From NCBI GenBank assembly GCA_963768055.1, contig CAVYGN010000001.1:384001-448000 (forward strand): 64,000 bases of DNA, read 5' to 3'. Each line of letters begins with the position of its first letter. Position 1 is the stretch's first letter. This DNA is from an uncultured Spirochaetota bacterium. GTDB lineage: Bacteria; Spirochaetota; Brevinematia; Brevinematales; JAOACQ01. The notes beneath the pieces were generated by a model. The model did no database searches and was not told the DNA's origin. It saw only the letters and a list, made by a program, of their open reading frames with translations. Below, one piece after another: positions 46,613-56,313 of this stretch. Made by a program: the position numbers and the translations under genes.

Positions 46613-47848
46613 ATGGAGGAATTCCTCGTAAACCTGCTTCAATACCTGATCCAGGGTATTTCCACCGGAAGTGTTTACGCTTTGTTAGCTCTGGGTTATA
46701 CGATGGTTTACGGAATCTTGAAACTCATAAATTTCGCCCATGGCGATGTATACATGGTCGGTTCTTACACCGGGTATTTTGCCGCCTCGTATTTTTTCGT
46801 CAATACGATGCCGCGCTGGGCGTTTATTCCCGTACTTCTGATTTCGATGGCTTTCTGCGCCTTTCTTGGAATTTTAATAGAAAAGGCGGCGTATAAGCCG
46901 CTCCGTCAGAAGCCGTCGATAGCTTACCTTTCAGCCGGCATAGGCGCCTGTCTCGGATTCTTCGCCTCCGTTTTTTTGAAATGGGACGCGCTCCTCTCGG
47001 CGGCAGCGGCCTGCGCCGCATGCGGTTTTACGGGCCGGCTTATCGAAAATAATGTTAAAATATCCATCGTTATTTTAATAGCCTCCGCAACAGGTCTTAT
47101 TGCGGGTATTCTTCCTGCCGTAATATGGCACACCCCTGTTTTCCCGGCCCTGGAGATTACGCTATTCTCCTTCCCGCTTTTTTCCTGGGCAGTTTATTTA
47201 TACCATAAACGCCCTTTCAAGGCAGCCCCACGTATAGCCTACCTGATAACCGCGATAGGGGTATCTCTCTTCCTCGAATATGCGATGATGTACTGGCAGA
47301 CACCTGACCAGAAATACTTTCCCCCGATTCTTAAGGACATTCCCATTGAGATCAGGGTGAACCCGGGTGAAAGTATTTTCATTTTCAGCCAGCACATTAT
47401 TTTCTTTTCATCCGCCGCGGTTTTATCCGTCATTTTATGGGTCCTCGTAAAATTCACAAGGATAGGCAGGGGAATGAGGGCCGTTTCCTTCGACGCCGAA
47501 GCGGCAAGGCTCATGGGGGTGAATGTAAACAACACTATCTCCTTTACTTTCGCGGTAGGCTCGGCGCTCGCCGGCGCCGCCGGCGTTCTCTTCGGGGCTT
47601 TTTATCCCTTCGATCCTCTGCTCGGGATCATGCCGGGCCTCAAGGCTTTTATTGCCGCAGTTCTAGGGGGAATAGGGAGTCTGCCCGGAGCGATGCTGGG
47701 AGGCATTCTAATGGGTATCGCCGAACAGCTGTCGGTGGGATTCGGAAATTCCTCGTTCCGGGATGTGACGGCTTTTATAATATTGATAGCGATACTGATG
47801 ATCAAACCCGGCGGGCTTCTAGGAAGGGGGACAAATGACAAGGTTTGA
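46613..47848 (+). CDS. livH: branched-chain amino acid ABC permease with an internal insertion
   Basis: GSVYALLALGYTMVYGILKLINFAHGD, GRGMRAVS, GLKAFIAAVLGGIG; 411 aa. Confidence 0.92.
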   Translation: MEEFLVNLLQYLIQGISTGSVYALLALGYTMVYGILKLINFAHGDVYMVGSYTGYFAASYFFVNTMPRWAFIPVLLISMAFCAFLGILIEKAAYKPLRQKPSIAYLSAGIGACLGFFASVFLKWDALLSAAAACAACGFTGRLIENNVKISIVILIASATGLIAGILPAVIWHTPVFPALEITLFSFPLFSWAVYLYHKRPFKAAPRIAYLITAIGVSLFLEYAMMYWQTPDQKYFPPILKDIPIEIRVNPGESIFIFSQHIIFFSSAAVLSVILWVLVKFTRIGRGMRAVSFDAEAARLMGVNVNNTISFTFAVGSALAGAAGVLFGAFYPFDPLLGIMPGLKAFIAAVLGGIGSLPGAMLGGILMGIAEQLSVGFGNSSFRDVTAFIILIAILMIKPGGLLGRGTNDKV

Positions 47849-48842
47849 CCCGCTTGCAAAGGTATTAAACCGGGATTGGGTGAAGGTCGTATTGATAACC
47901 GTAGCCCTTTATGTCCTGTGGTCCCTGATCTACAATTCGGTAAACGATTTCTGGAAGTTCAACCTCCTTGTCCTTGGAATAAACATAATCCTTGCCGTCA
48001 GCCTCAACCTCATAAACGGCTTTGCCGGACAATTCTCGCTCGGCCATGCCGGATTCATGGCAGTCGGCGGATACGCTTCGGCAATAATAACTTTATATCA
48101 TTCGGGAGAAATGTCGCAGCTCGGCATGCCGGGCTTTATGATCTTTTCGATTGCGGTGATCGCAGGGGGAATAACATCGGCTGTTTTCGGCTTCATAATA
48201 GGTCTGCCGGCACTGCGTCTAAAGGGAGATTACCTCGCGATAGCCACGCTCGGGTTCGGCGAAATCATAAGGCTTTCAGTCCTGAACGTCGATTACCTGG
48301 GAGGAGCTGCAGGGCTCAAGGGTCTGCCCGCCTATACTAACGGCAACTGGGTCTTTTTCATGGCTGCCGCTGCGGTTATCGTCGTATCGAACCTGATAAA
48401 TTCTTCGCACGGAAGAGCCCTTCTCGCGGTCAGGGAGGACGAGATCGCCGCCGAATCGATGGGGATCTCTTCAACCCGGTACAAGGTAGCCGCTTTCGTG
48501 ATCGGAGCCTTTTTCGCCGGGATTGCGGGGGCTCTTTATGTACACAATATAAGATTAGTCAATTCGGGCTCATTCACCTTTATGAAAACGGTCGAGATCC
48601 TTGTAATGGTCGTGATAGGAGGCCTCGGCAGCACAACGGGGGTGATCATAGGGGCGGTGTTTTTTACGCTCACGAACTCGTTTTTAGCCGATTATCCGTA
48701 CGAAAGGATGATAATATTTTCGATCATAATGATTATCCTGATGCTGTTAAGGCCGGAGGGGCTTATGGGCTCGCGTGAATTCAGGATCCCTTTTTTGAAA
48801 CACGGCTCCTTCGGAGGCGACAATGCCGATCCTGAAGACTGA
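47835..48842 (+). CDS. livM: branched-chain amino acid ABC permease
   Basis: SLNLINGFAGQFSLGHAGF, LRLKGDYLAIATLGFGEI, AVREDEIAAESMG. Confidence 0.95.
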   Translation: MTRFDPLAKVLNRDWVKVVLITVALYVLWSLIYNSVNDFWKFNLLVLGINIILAVSLNLINGFAGQFSLGHAGFMAVGGYASAIITLYHSGEMSQLGMPGFMIFSIAVIAGGITSAVFGFIIGLPALRLKGDYLAIATLGFGEIIRLSVLNVDYLGGAAGLKGLPAYTNGNWVFFMAAAAVIVVSNLINSSHGRALLAVREDEIAAESMGISSTRYKVAAFVIGAFFAGIAGALYVHNIRLVNSGSFTFMKTVEILVMVVIGGLGSTTGVIIGAVFFTLTNSFLADYPYERMIIFSIIMIILMLLRPEGLMGSREFRIPFLKHGSFGGDNADPED

Positions 48843-49599
48843 GAATTTAAACAGGTCTTTCGGCGGCCTCAGGGCTGTGGCGAACCTCGGTTTTGAAATC
48901 GCGAAGGGAGGGCTTGCCGGACTGATCGGGCCCAACGGCGCCGGTAAAACCACAACGTTCAACCTCCTGACGGGTATAATAAAGCCCGATTCGGGGAAGA
49001 TCATATTCAACGGCAGAAATATAGCGGGACTCCCGCCTTACCGGGTGACAAGGCTGGGGATCGCGCGTACTTTCCAGAACATAAGACTTTTCAGGGATCT
49101 CCCTGTCCTTGATAACGTCAGGATAGCCTGCCATCACAGGATAAAATACGGGCTGCTGGAATCGATGGTTTTCCGTTTCGGCCGGTTCGGGGTTGAAGAA
49201 AGGGAAATAACTGAAAGGTCGAGGGAATTTCTCGATATATTCGGGCTCCTTAAATATTCCTCCGACAGGGCAGGCAGCCTGCCCTACGGGCTTCAAAGAC
49301 GCCTTGAGATCGCAAGGGCTCTTGCCACGGGGCCTCTGCTTCTCCTGCTGGACGAACCTGCGGCGGGCATGCACCCCGGAGAAAAAAAAGACCTGATGGA
49401 GCTCATCGGGTTTATCAGAAAGAAGTTCGATCTCACAATCCTTCTTATTGAGCACGACATGAATCTCGTCATGGGTATCTGCGAATCCATATTCGTGCTG
49501 GATTACGGGGAATTGATAGCCGAGGGGCTCCCGGCCAAAATAATGGCCGACAGGAAAGTCATAGAGGCATACCTCGGAGAAGAGGCGCCCGATGCTTGA
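48823..49599 (+). CDS. livG: branched-chain amino acid ABC ATP-binding protein
   Basis: GPNGAGKTT, GIARTFQNIRLF, LPYGLQRRLEIARAL, LDEPAAG. Confidence 0.95.
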   Translation: MPILKTENLNRSFGGLRAVANLGFEIAKGGLAGLIGPNGAGKTTTFNLLTGIIKPDSGKIIFNGRNIAGLPPYRVTRLGIARTFQNIRLFRDLPVLDNVRIACHHRIKYGLLESMVFRFGRFGVEEREITERSREFLDIFGLLKYSSDRAGSLPYGLQRRLEIARALATGPLLLLLDEPAAGMHPGEKKDLMELIGFIRKKFDLTILLIEHDMNLVMGICESIFVLDYGELIAEGLPAKIMADRKVIEAYLGEEAPDA

Positions 49600-50296
49600 A
49601 GTAAATAATATCAATGTGTTCTACGGGGCGATACATGCAGTCCAGGGAGTGTCTTTTTCGGTTGACGAAGGCGACATTGTTACCCTGATCGGGGGGAATG
49701 GGGCCGGGAAAAGTACCGTACTCAAGACGATTTCGGGGCTCATGAGACCCGGGAGCGGGAGCATGACGTTCAATGGAGTAAACCTGGCGAAGGAGGAGGC
49801 CCACAACATAGTAAAACTCGGAATATCCCACGTTCCGGAGGGGCGCAGGATTTTTTCAAACATGAGCGTCCTCGAAAATCTTGAAATGGGTGCATACATC
49901 CGGCATGATCCGCTTCAGGTAAGGAAGGATATGCACAAGGTTTTCGATCTGTTTCCCAGGTTGAGGGAAAGGCTGCACCAGCAAGCCGGTACCCTGTCGG
50001 GCGGCGAGCAGCAGATGCTCTCGACAGCCAGGGGTCTCCTGTCGAAACCGAAGCTGATGCTTCTTGACGAGCCTTCAATGGGGTTGTCGCCGATGCTTGT
50101 AAAGGATATTTTCAACCTAATAAAGGAAATAAACCTGGGCGGAACTACGATACTCCTTATCGAACAGAATGCCAGGATGGCCCTCTCCATCGCCCATAAA
50201 GCCTACGTCATGGAGACGGGCAGGATAGTCCTTGAGGGCAGAGCCGGGGATCTCGCCGACAACGAAAAGGTTAGAAAGGCTTATCTCGGCGGGTGA
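49592..50296 (+). CDS. livF: branched-chain amino acid ABC ATP-binding protein
   Basis: GGNGAGKST, HVPEGRRIF, LSGGEQQML, LDEPSMGL. Confidence 0.95.
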   Translation: MLEVNNINVFYGAIHAVQGVSFSVDEGDIVTLIGGNGAGKSTVLKTISGLMRPGSGSMTFNGVNLAKEEAHNIVKLGISHVPEGRRIFSNMSVLENLEMGAYIRHDPLQVRKDMHKVFDLFPRLRERLHQQAGTLSGGEQQMLSTARGLLSKPKLMLLDEPSMGLSPMLVKDIFNLIKEINLGGTTILLIEQNARMALSIAHKAYVMETGRIVLEGRAGDLADNEKVRKAYLGG

Positions 50297-51507
50297 ATGT
50301 AGTTAGGATATTTCTTTCTGTATTCCTTCGGGGTTGTCTTCTCGATGATTTTAAAGGTCCTGTTAAAGTGCGTCACATTGTTAAATCCGACTGCGAAAGC
50401 AATCTCGGTTATAGAAAGATCGGTGGAGGTCAGGAGCCGTTTTGTTTCGGACATCCTGACAAAGTTAAGATACCGCCTGAAGCTCATTTTGTAATTCTTG
50501 TTCAATATATCTCCTATCCTGGCCTGATGAATACCCAAATCTCCGGCTATTTTTAACAATGAAAATTCCGGGTTTTTGTAATTAGCAGCGAAATAACTCA
50601 CGACCCTGTCGCTTTCGTTGTCCGCCCTGTTTCCCGCTGCGATTTTTTCATAGGGAACAGCAATGGCCGTGGTATTTTTTCTTCCCAGCAATAGAAATGC
50701 AATTGATATAACGGCTGAATAAACAACAAGGCCGGCAAATACCCGGAGCAATAATAGTGTGTGATCCTGTCCTATCATGAGTCCATTTACTGTAAAGCCG
50801 GCTTTTTTATCGACGGGCGACCGGTATCCGGTCTGGATTAAAAGGCTCAATATATGCGAATAGTCATTGTATGATTTAAAGTTATTCTTAATATTATTAA
50901 TAGCGAACCACCAGGCCTGGATCTGAAAATCTTTTAGAGGAATAAAATATGATCCTTTTTTTTGATTCATTACGCAGTCATAGCTCATAAATACATAAGA
51001 CATCGGATTATTTTTTAGCGTGATATTTTTGTCATAATTTATCAATTCGAAAAGGATATCTCCGCTCCCGGAATCCTCAACCTCCGCCCGGAGATAATCG
51101 TAACCGTTTAAATCGGGGAATTTATAACCGGTGTAGTCGAATACCAGATCGATTTCCTGATCAGGGCTGAGGCGGTTTAATTGACCGGCGCTTAAATTCG
51201 TTGGTAGTTTTATCCCTAACTGAATCCAAATCCCCGCTAACCCGGTAAAAGGAAAAGTATTATTATGCTTTTTCAACATGTATTCTAATCCGATTATATT
51301 TTTTGCAGAGGTAAACCCAAGGATCTCCGATTTACCATGAAACATGTAATCGTTAAATGGAAGTATCAAATAATTATGGAAATTTGGAACGATGCTTATA
51401 TTGTTTTTATATGAAGCCGCAATATAAAAAATCCCTGCTGCGATGGGTGCCGCTATTAAAAAAATAAGAGGGAGTATCGGTATTTTCTGCCCGGCGAATT
51501 TCAGCAT
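50281..51507 (-). CDS. membrane-spanning AraC-family regulator (TM, extracytoplasmic domain, TM, HTH)
   Basis: Two hydrophobic helices flanking about 220 aa; C-terminal SITEIAFAVGFNNVTHFNRTFK..TPKEYR; overlaps the livF end by 16 bp. Confidence 0.88.
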   Translation of the reverse strand: MLKFAGQKIPILPLIFLIAAPIAAGIFYIAASYKNNISIVPNFHNYLILPFNDYMFHGKSEILGFTSAKNIIGLEYMLKKHNNTFPFTGLAGIWIQLGIKLPTNLSAGQLNRLSPDQEIDLVFDYTGYKFPDLNGYDYLRAEVEDSGSGDILFELINYDKNITLKNNPMSYVFMSYDCVMNQKKGSYFIPLKDFQIQAWWFAINNIKNNFKSYNDYSHILSLLIQTGYRSPVDKKAGFTVNGLMIGQDHTLLLLRVFAGLVVYSAVISIAFLLLGRKNTTAIAVPYEKIAAGNRADNESDRVVSYFAANYKNPEFSLLKIAGDLGIHQARIGDILNKNYKMSFRRYLNFVRMSETKRLLTSTDLSITEIAFAVGFNNVTHFNRTFKIIEKTTPKEYRKKYPNYIHPPR

Positions 51508-51529
51508 AATCCAGATTTTAGCAAATTTA

Positions 51530-51610
51530 ACTGAAAATGTAAATTAAAACTTCGATTATGTAAATTTATTAAAGATCATGTAAAGTAATACTTCGATAAT
51601 GTAAATTAAA
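51530..51610. promoter_or_regulatory. four phased direct repeats (probable AraC sites)
   Basis: ATGTAAA at 51537, 51558, 51578 and 51599 (21/20/21 spacing); ACTTCGATWATGTAAATT occurs twice. Confidence 0.7.
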
Positions 51611-51687
51611 ATCTATCGCAATGTGTTAGAGTATTATCGATTGAAATTACTAAAGGATAATATTTATAAATCTAAATGGAGGTGACT

Positions 51688-53535
51688 ATGCTAAATAAAG
51701 AAATCGGATTTTCAGGATCATTTGCCGCTTTGTTTTTTGCATTATTAATTTCAGGCTGCTCGCAGAAAGAAGTTTCAAAACCGGACCTATCTGCTATCAA
51801 GGGAAATCCCGATAACTTTTGTAATTATATCAGCAATGTTATTATTTTTGAAATGGCCAAAGAAAGTATTACAGGCCTTGCCGTTGCTGTTGTAGATGAC
51901 AGGGAAACCATTTACCAGGCCGGATTCGGATATGCCGACACCGCAATAAAGGCACCCGTTACTTCCGATAGCATTTTCGAACTATGTTCTATATCCAAGC
52001 TTTTTACCGCTACGGCCGTAATGCAGCTCTATGAAAAAGGGCTGATCGATCTCGATAAACCCATTACAACTTATCTTAGAGAATTTTCAATACGCATGCG
52101 TACAGCGAGCGAATCCGTCCCTACCGTAAGGATGCTTCTTTGCCATCATTCGGGCATCCCCTCGGATAGGGCCGGAGGGGCTTTCATCGGAACTAATTAT
52201 AACGTCGAGTACACCGGCGAATTCAAAAAAATAGCCAGCTTATTCAGCAATGAAACTATGGCTTATCCGCCGAATAAGGTGTTTTCATACGGCAATCTGG
52301 GCTACAGCCTACTGGGCGATATCGTGGAAAGGACGAGCGGCATGGATTTTGAAAAGTATGTTCAGAAGAATATATTGATCCCGCTTGGAATGAAAGATTC
52401 GTCGTTCGTTTTCAGGGATGATTTCAAAACCCGTTATATAAAGGGGTACCTGGAAGGGAAGGAGACCATCATTCCCGTAATCCGGGATATCCCCGCCGGA
52501 GGATTGAAAGCACCCATCGCCGATATGGCCAGATTCCTGAAAATGGTTATCGCGGGGGGAAGCCTGGATGGGGAAACGCTTTTGAAAACCGAAACCATGC
52601 ATGAAATGCTTAAAATCCAGAACCGAAACGTACCCCTGGACGGGAGCTTTAAAATAGGACTGGGCTACTGGAATTATAGTTTTCCGCAAATGCATGACGA
52701 AGTCGTTTACGGACATGACGGCGACTTGCCGCCGTTCCATTCTCTGATCCTTTTCATGCCTGAAAGAAAGATAGGGCTGGTCGTAATGATCAACTCGATT
52801 CACGGTGCGATGGGCTCGTCTTTGGATCTCTTTCCGATAGCGATTAAAACCCTCTCCGCGCTGATAGAGATGAAAACCGGAAAACCTTATGATACGATTC
52901 CAGCTGAATCTCCCCGGCGGGATTTTACGGCAGGCGAAATCTCAAACTTGCCTGGATATTACGCGGGCTGGCTTGGATTTTCAAGGATTAAGATAAACGG
53001 TTCCGGGCTTCAGGCTGAAATATCCGGAACCGACCTTGATCTATCGGCCCACCAGGATGGAACAATCAGTGAGCAGTATAAATTATTCGGGTTTATTCCT
53101 TTGAAAATTGAGTTTCTCGATCTGATGAGTCTCGAGCCTTTCGAATTCGAAGGAAATCCATGTTTCATGGTAAAATTATACGGGATTCCCTTTGCGACCG
53201 ATATTAAAGTCAAGCCGGCACCTGTACCGGAAAGCTGGGTAAAAGCGGCCGGGACATACATCTCAACCGAAGCGATGCCGTATGCGTCGGAATCGGAAAA
53301 CAGAATAAATCTTGTCTACGATAAAAAAACCGGCTTTTACTTTTGCAAAGTATGGGTGTTCGACGGTCCTGCGAATGCAATCGATTACCCCCTGGAAATA
53401 TTGAACGACCATGAAGCCGTTTTTATGGGTTACGGCAGACACCTGGGCGAGACTCTCCGGATTGAAAGAAGCGGTTCGAACTATATTCTTTATGGCAGCG
53501 GGATGATTTTGAATAAGCTGAATAACAATAATTGA
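51688..53535 (+). CDS. serine hydrolase (beta-lactamase/AmpC-related) lipoprotein
   Basis: ISGC lipobox; SISK, YGN and HDG motifs; start 51688 after GGAGG. Confidence 0.9.
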   Translation: MLNKEIGFSGSFAALFFALLISGCSQKEVSKPDLSAIKGNPDNFCNYISNVIIFEMAKESITGLAVAVVDDRETIYQAGFGYADTAIKAPVTSDSIFELCSISKLFTATAVMQLYEKGLIDLDKPITTYLREFSIRMRTASESVPTVRMLLCHHSGIPSDRAGGAFIGTNYNVEYTGEFKKIASLFSNETMAYPPNKVFSYGNLGYSLLGDIVERTSGMDFEKYVQKNILIPLGMKDSSFVFRDDFKTRYIKGYLEGKETIIPVIRDIPAGGLKAPIADMARFLKMVIAGGSLDGETLLKTETMHEMLKIQNRNVPLDGSFKIGLGYWNYSFPQMHDEVVYGHDGDLPPFHSLILFMPERKIGLVVMINSIHGAMGSSLDLFPIAIKTLSALIEMKTGKPYDTIPAESPRRDFTAGEISNLPGYYAGWLGFSRIKINGSGLQAEISGTDLDLSAHQDGTISEQYKLFGFIPLKIEFLDLMSLEPFEFEGNPCFMVKLYGIPFATDIKVKPAPVPESWVKAAGTYISTEAMPYASESENRINLVYDKKTGFYFCKVWVFDGPANAIDYPLEILNDHEAVFMGYGRHLGETLRIERSGSNYILYGSGMILNKLNNNN

Positions 53536-53684
53536 ACAGGACTATCCGAAACCGGCTTTCTGCCCTGCCCGGTATGAGACAAAACAACCGGCTTGACGAT
53601 CATATTGGTTTTAATGTAAATTTGATATTCGGATGACATTTTAAACACCAATTAATAATCAAAGGGGCGCAACCGCGCCGGGCT

Positions 53685-53735
53685 TCCCATGGCCAGGACG
53701 CCGGCAATGTACGGAATGGTCCAGCTTAAACCGCT
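53685..53735 (-). pseudogene. tiny relic resembling a subtilase (S8) catalytic-Ser motif
   Basis: Manual translation SGLSWTIPYIAGVLAMG in intergenic DNA. Confidence 0.35.
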
Positions 53736-53770
53736 CAATATGCAGATTGGGGCAAATGTGCGAATGATTT

Positions 53771-55117
53771 CTAAAAGTCTTCCTCGCTGGCGGGTTTGTC
53801 AGCGTCGGCCATTTCCGAGGTATAAGCGTAAGCTTTTTTCACAGCCATGTCCTTCGAGATCTCGAGGCATGTGATGGATAAGGGCGCGAATTTATATTCG
53901 AGAGTTGTTTCCCCAAACAAACCATTGAAATCGATCTTTATGTCCTGAAACGAATTTTTGCTCCAGTTGATGCAGAAAACGCTGACATTGCCCTGGCCGT
54001 CCCTGTAGGCGTAAACCCGGGTATCATTATTGATTTTGGATGCAAATATGTTGTACTTTTTCACGTGGTTTGAAAAAAGCATGTAAGCGTAATACATGGG
54101 TGTAGGCTTGAGGGAAACCGGCATGATGAAGCCTTCTCTCCAGAATTCGGAAATGCTCCATGGCATTACCGACATCAGGTCAGATTCGGAACTTGAAATA
54201 CCCAGGTTGTCGGCTATCCACAGTCCCGCTCCGAAAGAGCCCGGCATGGCGAAAGTTGCGGGTTTGGAAGGGTCACCGTCCGCCGAGGAATTCATCTCGC
54301 CGATGATGAGCGGGATGCCCGGGGCGGACGGGTCTGTCATCGTCCTGATATCTTTATAAAATTCAGTAAGATTGTCGTATTCTCCAATAGCGTTTTCGTA
54401 CGTAGCATTAGTCATTGGCCAATAGCCGTACCTGTGGATTGACAGGATATCAATATAAGGCCTGCATGCCGAAATGAAGGGAGGTATCCATTCGTCGTAT
54501 TTCCATCCAAGTTCGAGGCCTATTATCTTGATCCCCGGGAACTCTTTTTTTATGGCGGCTGAAATATTCGTAAAATTATCGATATAATTATAAACTGTAA
54601 AATTATTCAGGTTCGCTGCCGTAACATCTACATCGTTGGCCTGTTTGAGGGTCGGATACCCATCGGGTTCGTTGCCGATGCTTACATAACGCAATATGAA
54701 CCCCTTGGCAATAAAGTCTCTGATCAGGTTAGTGGCGCGGCTTATCCTTTCCGGGATCGTACCCCGGCTTATTACCGGAACCTGCAGCAGGGGCTGGGCG
54801 CCTACGGCGCGGCAATAATCGCCGAACTGCGTAAGGAACCTATCCGATAATTCTTCGGGGATTTCCGCGTCGTTGTTGATCCCGCCAGCCCTTAGTAACT
54901 TGATATCAAGCGCTTTAACGAGGGGCTCGGTACCGGCCACATAATTCCCCCATTTTTTTACCCAGCACCAGTAATTAAAACCGAAAAACAAAGGGTTCAG
55001 CTCTTTTGCCGGGGTTCCGCTTACTTTGATTTCAGTGATTATAGCATTGGTCTCAATGGAATATGCCGAAAATACAAAGACCCCCGGGAAAATAATGGCA
55101 ATAAATATTTTTTTCAC
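53771..55117 (-). CDS. secreted glycoside hydrolase, clan-A-like TIM barrel (GH44/51/79-like)
   Basis: Signal peptide MKKIFIAIIF..AYS; LLRAGG, SIGNEPD, LSIHRY, LIIGEMN; GTG start with SD AAGGAG. Confidence 0.8.
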   Translation of the reverse strand: MKKIFIAIIFPGVFVFSAYSIETNAIITEIKVSGTPAKELNPLFFGFNYWCWVKKWGNYVAGTEPLVKALDIKLLRAGGINNDAEIPEELSDRFLTQFGDYCRAVGAQPLLQVPVISRGTIPERISRATNLIRDFIAKGFILRYVSIGNEPDGYPTLKQANDVDVTAANLNNFTVYNYIDNFTNISAAIKKEFPGIKIIGLELGWKYDEWIPPFISACRPYIDILSIHRYGYWPMTNATYENAIGEYDNLTEFYKDIRTMTDPSAPGIPLIIGEMNSSADGDPSKPATFAMPGSFGAGLWIADNLGISSSESDLMSVMPWSISEFWREGFIMPVSLKPTPMYYAYMLFSNHVKKYNIFASKINNDTRVYAYRDGQGNVSVFCINWSKNSFQDIKIDFNGLFGETTLEYKFAPLSITCLEISKDMAVKKAYAYTSEMADADKPASEEDF

Positions 55118-55150
55118 TATTATATCTCCTTTATCAACTTTTGCGGAAGC

Positions 55151-55867
55151 TTACGAATGTCCCCCTCCCAGCGATAAGCCGGACGTCTGTTCATTTGCCT
55201 CGATCTGGAACGCGTAAAGAAAGTCTCCCAGTTGTTTAATCTTTTGATCGGCGGGAATATCTCCTGTTATGTTAGATTTGATCTGCCCGGCGAGATTTCC
55301 TATCGCGCTGTTTAAATTATCCACTCCTGTGGAATTAATAGGCGGATACATGTAACCCGGTTCGGCATTCAAATTGACAATGACCTTTTCATTATCTTTG
55401 AACAGTTTCATAAAATTAGTAAAATCCGGTTTGTAGATAGTCTGGCAGCCCTCGCTATAGTTCGAAACCAGCCCGCCTGTGTGGATGCAGACTTCAGAGA
55501 TCAGCATCTGGTTTTTCATGGACGGATTGATCTTAACGCTGGGGAAAGTCATCATATTTTCGGATAACTCATTCTCCGAATTTATTTTATCTAAAAATTC
55601 CCGCCTGAAAAGCGTGAAATGCCATCCTAATTTGCTGTTCTGATTCCAGATGCCGCAAAAAGTCCCGGGCGCCAGAATACCATGGATATTGTATTGATCT
55701 ATTCCGAATAATAACCGTGAGGGAATGGTCGATACATGATTTAAATGCAGAAGTTGTTTTTTCTCATCATCGAATACATCTATAGTGCTATCGTAAGCGT
55801 CCCCGTTTACAAGCTTGATAGCATCCCTGCTTCCGCCCCTTAAAATATTTATGATCTTTTCGTTCAT
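55151..55867 (-). CDS. putative peptidoglycan-acting enzyme (L,D-transpeptidase/DUF5675-like His-Cys motif) with a holin-homologous C-terminal tail
   Basis: CIHTGGLVSNYSEGCQTI (H129, C141); no signal peptide; aa 181-227 match holin aa 10-56. Confidence 0.6.
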   Translation of the reverse strand: MNEKIINILRGGSRDAIKLVNGDAYDSTIDVFDDEKKQLLHLNHVSTIPSRLLFGIDQYNIHGILAPGTFCGIWNQNSKLGWHFTLFRREFLDKINSENELSENMMTFPSVKINPSMKNQMLISEVCIHTGGLVSNYSEGCQTIYKPDFTNFMKLFKDNEKVIVNLNAEPGYMYPPINSTGVDNLNSAIGNLAGQIKSNITGDIPADQKIKQLGDFLYAFQIEANEQTSGLSLGGGHS

Positions 55868-55881
55868 TATAACCTCCCGTA

Positions 55882-56313
55882 TTAATGGTTATCCTGGACG
55901 GATTGGAGTTTCTCGACCGTCCTCATTGTCCCGAGTCCGAGCATGCCCCCGAGAGTGGTAATAATAAGGCTTGAGTCGGGCGGAGCGATTTTTATAGCCG
56001 AGCCGAATATCGTGAGCCCCCACTGCATAAGGGGATAAAGAATCACGCACCATGCGAAACCCAGACCGCAGATCCAGCCTATGAACGGTCGCCATCCCGC
56101 GACAAACCAGTTGGTCGATTTCGCTTCCTCAAGGTTGACGTCTGCCTGCTCTTTATCTCCAGCCTGGACGGCGTTAAGCGCATCCTCGAGCTGTTTCAGC
56201 TTCAGTTCGGGGGAAGCTTCCCCGGTAATCGCCGATCTCAGCTGGCCGGCAAAATTTCCGACTGCGCTGACCACATCCCCGACGCCTTTAGCGTCTAAAT
56301 TTACCAACGCCAT
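55882..56313 (-). CDS. 3TM (GTA-type) holin family protein
   Basis: NLEEAKSTNWFVAGWRPFIGWICG and LGGMLGLGTMRTVEK are the typical motifs of this holin family; SD GGAGG. Confidence 0.85.
   Translation of the reverse strand: MALVNLDAKGVGDVVSAVGNFAGQLRSAITGEASPELKLKQLEDALNAVQAGDKEQADVNLEEAKSTNWFVAGWRPFIGWICGLGFAWCVILYPLMQWGLTIFGSAIKIAPPDSSLIITTLGGMLGLGTMRTVEKLQSVQDNH

Noticed and set aside
45507..49614. Long minus-strand ORFs (261 and 255 aa) over the liv genes
   Set aside because: Antisense to well-supported genes, with no motifs.
55151..56313. Prophage call based on the holin and lysin-like gene
   Set aside because: No capsid, tail, terminase, integrase or replication genes in the window.
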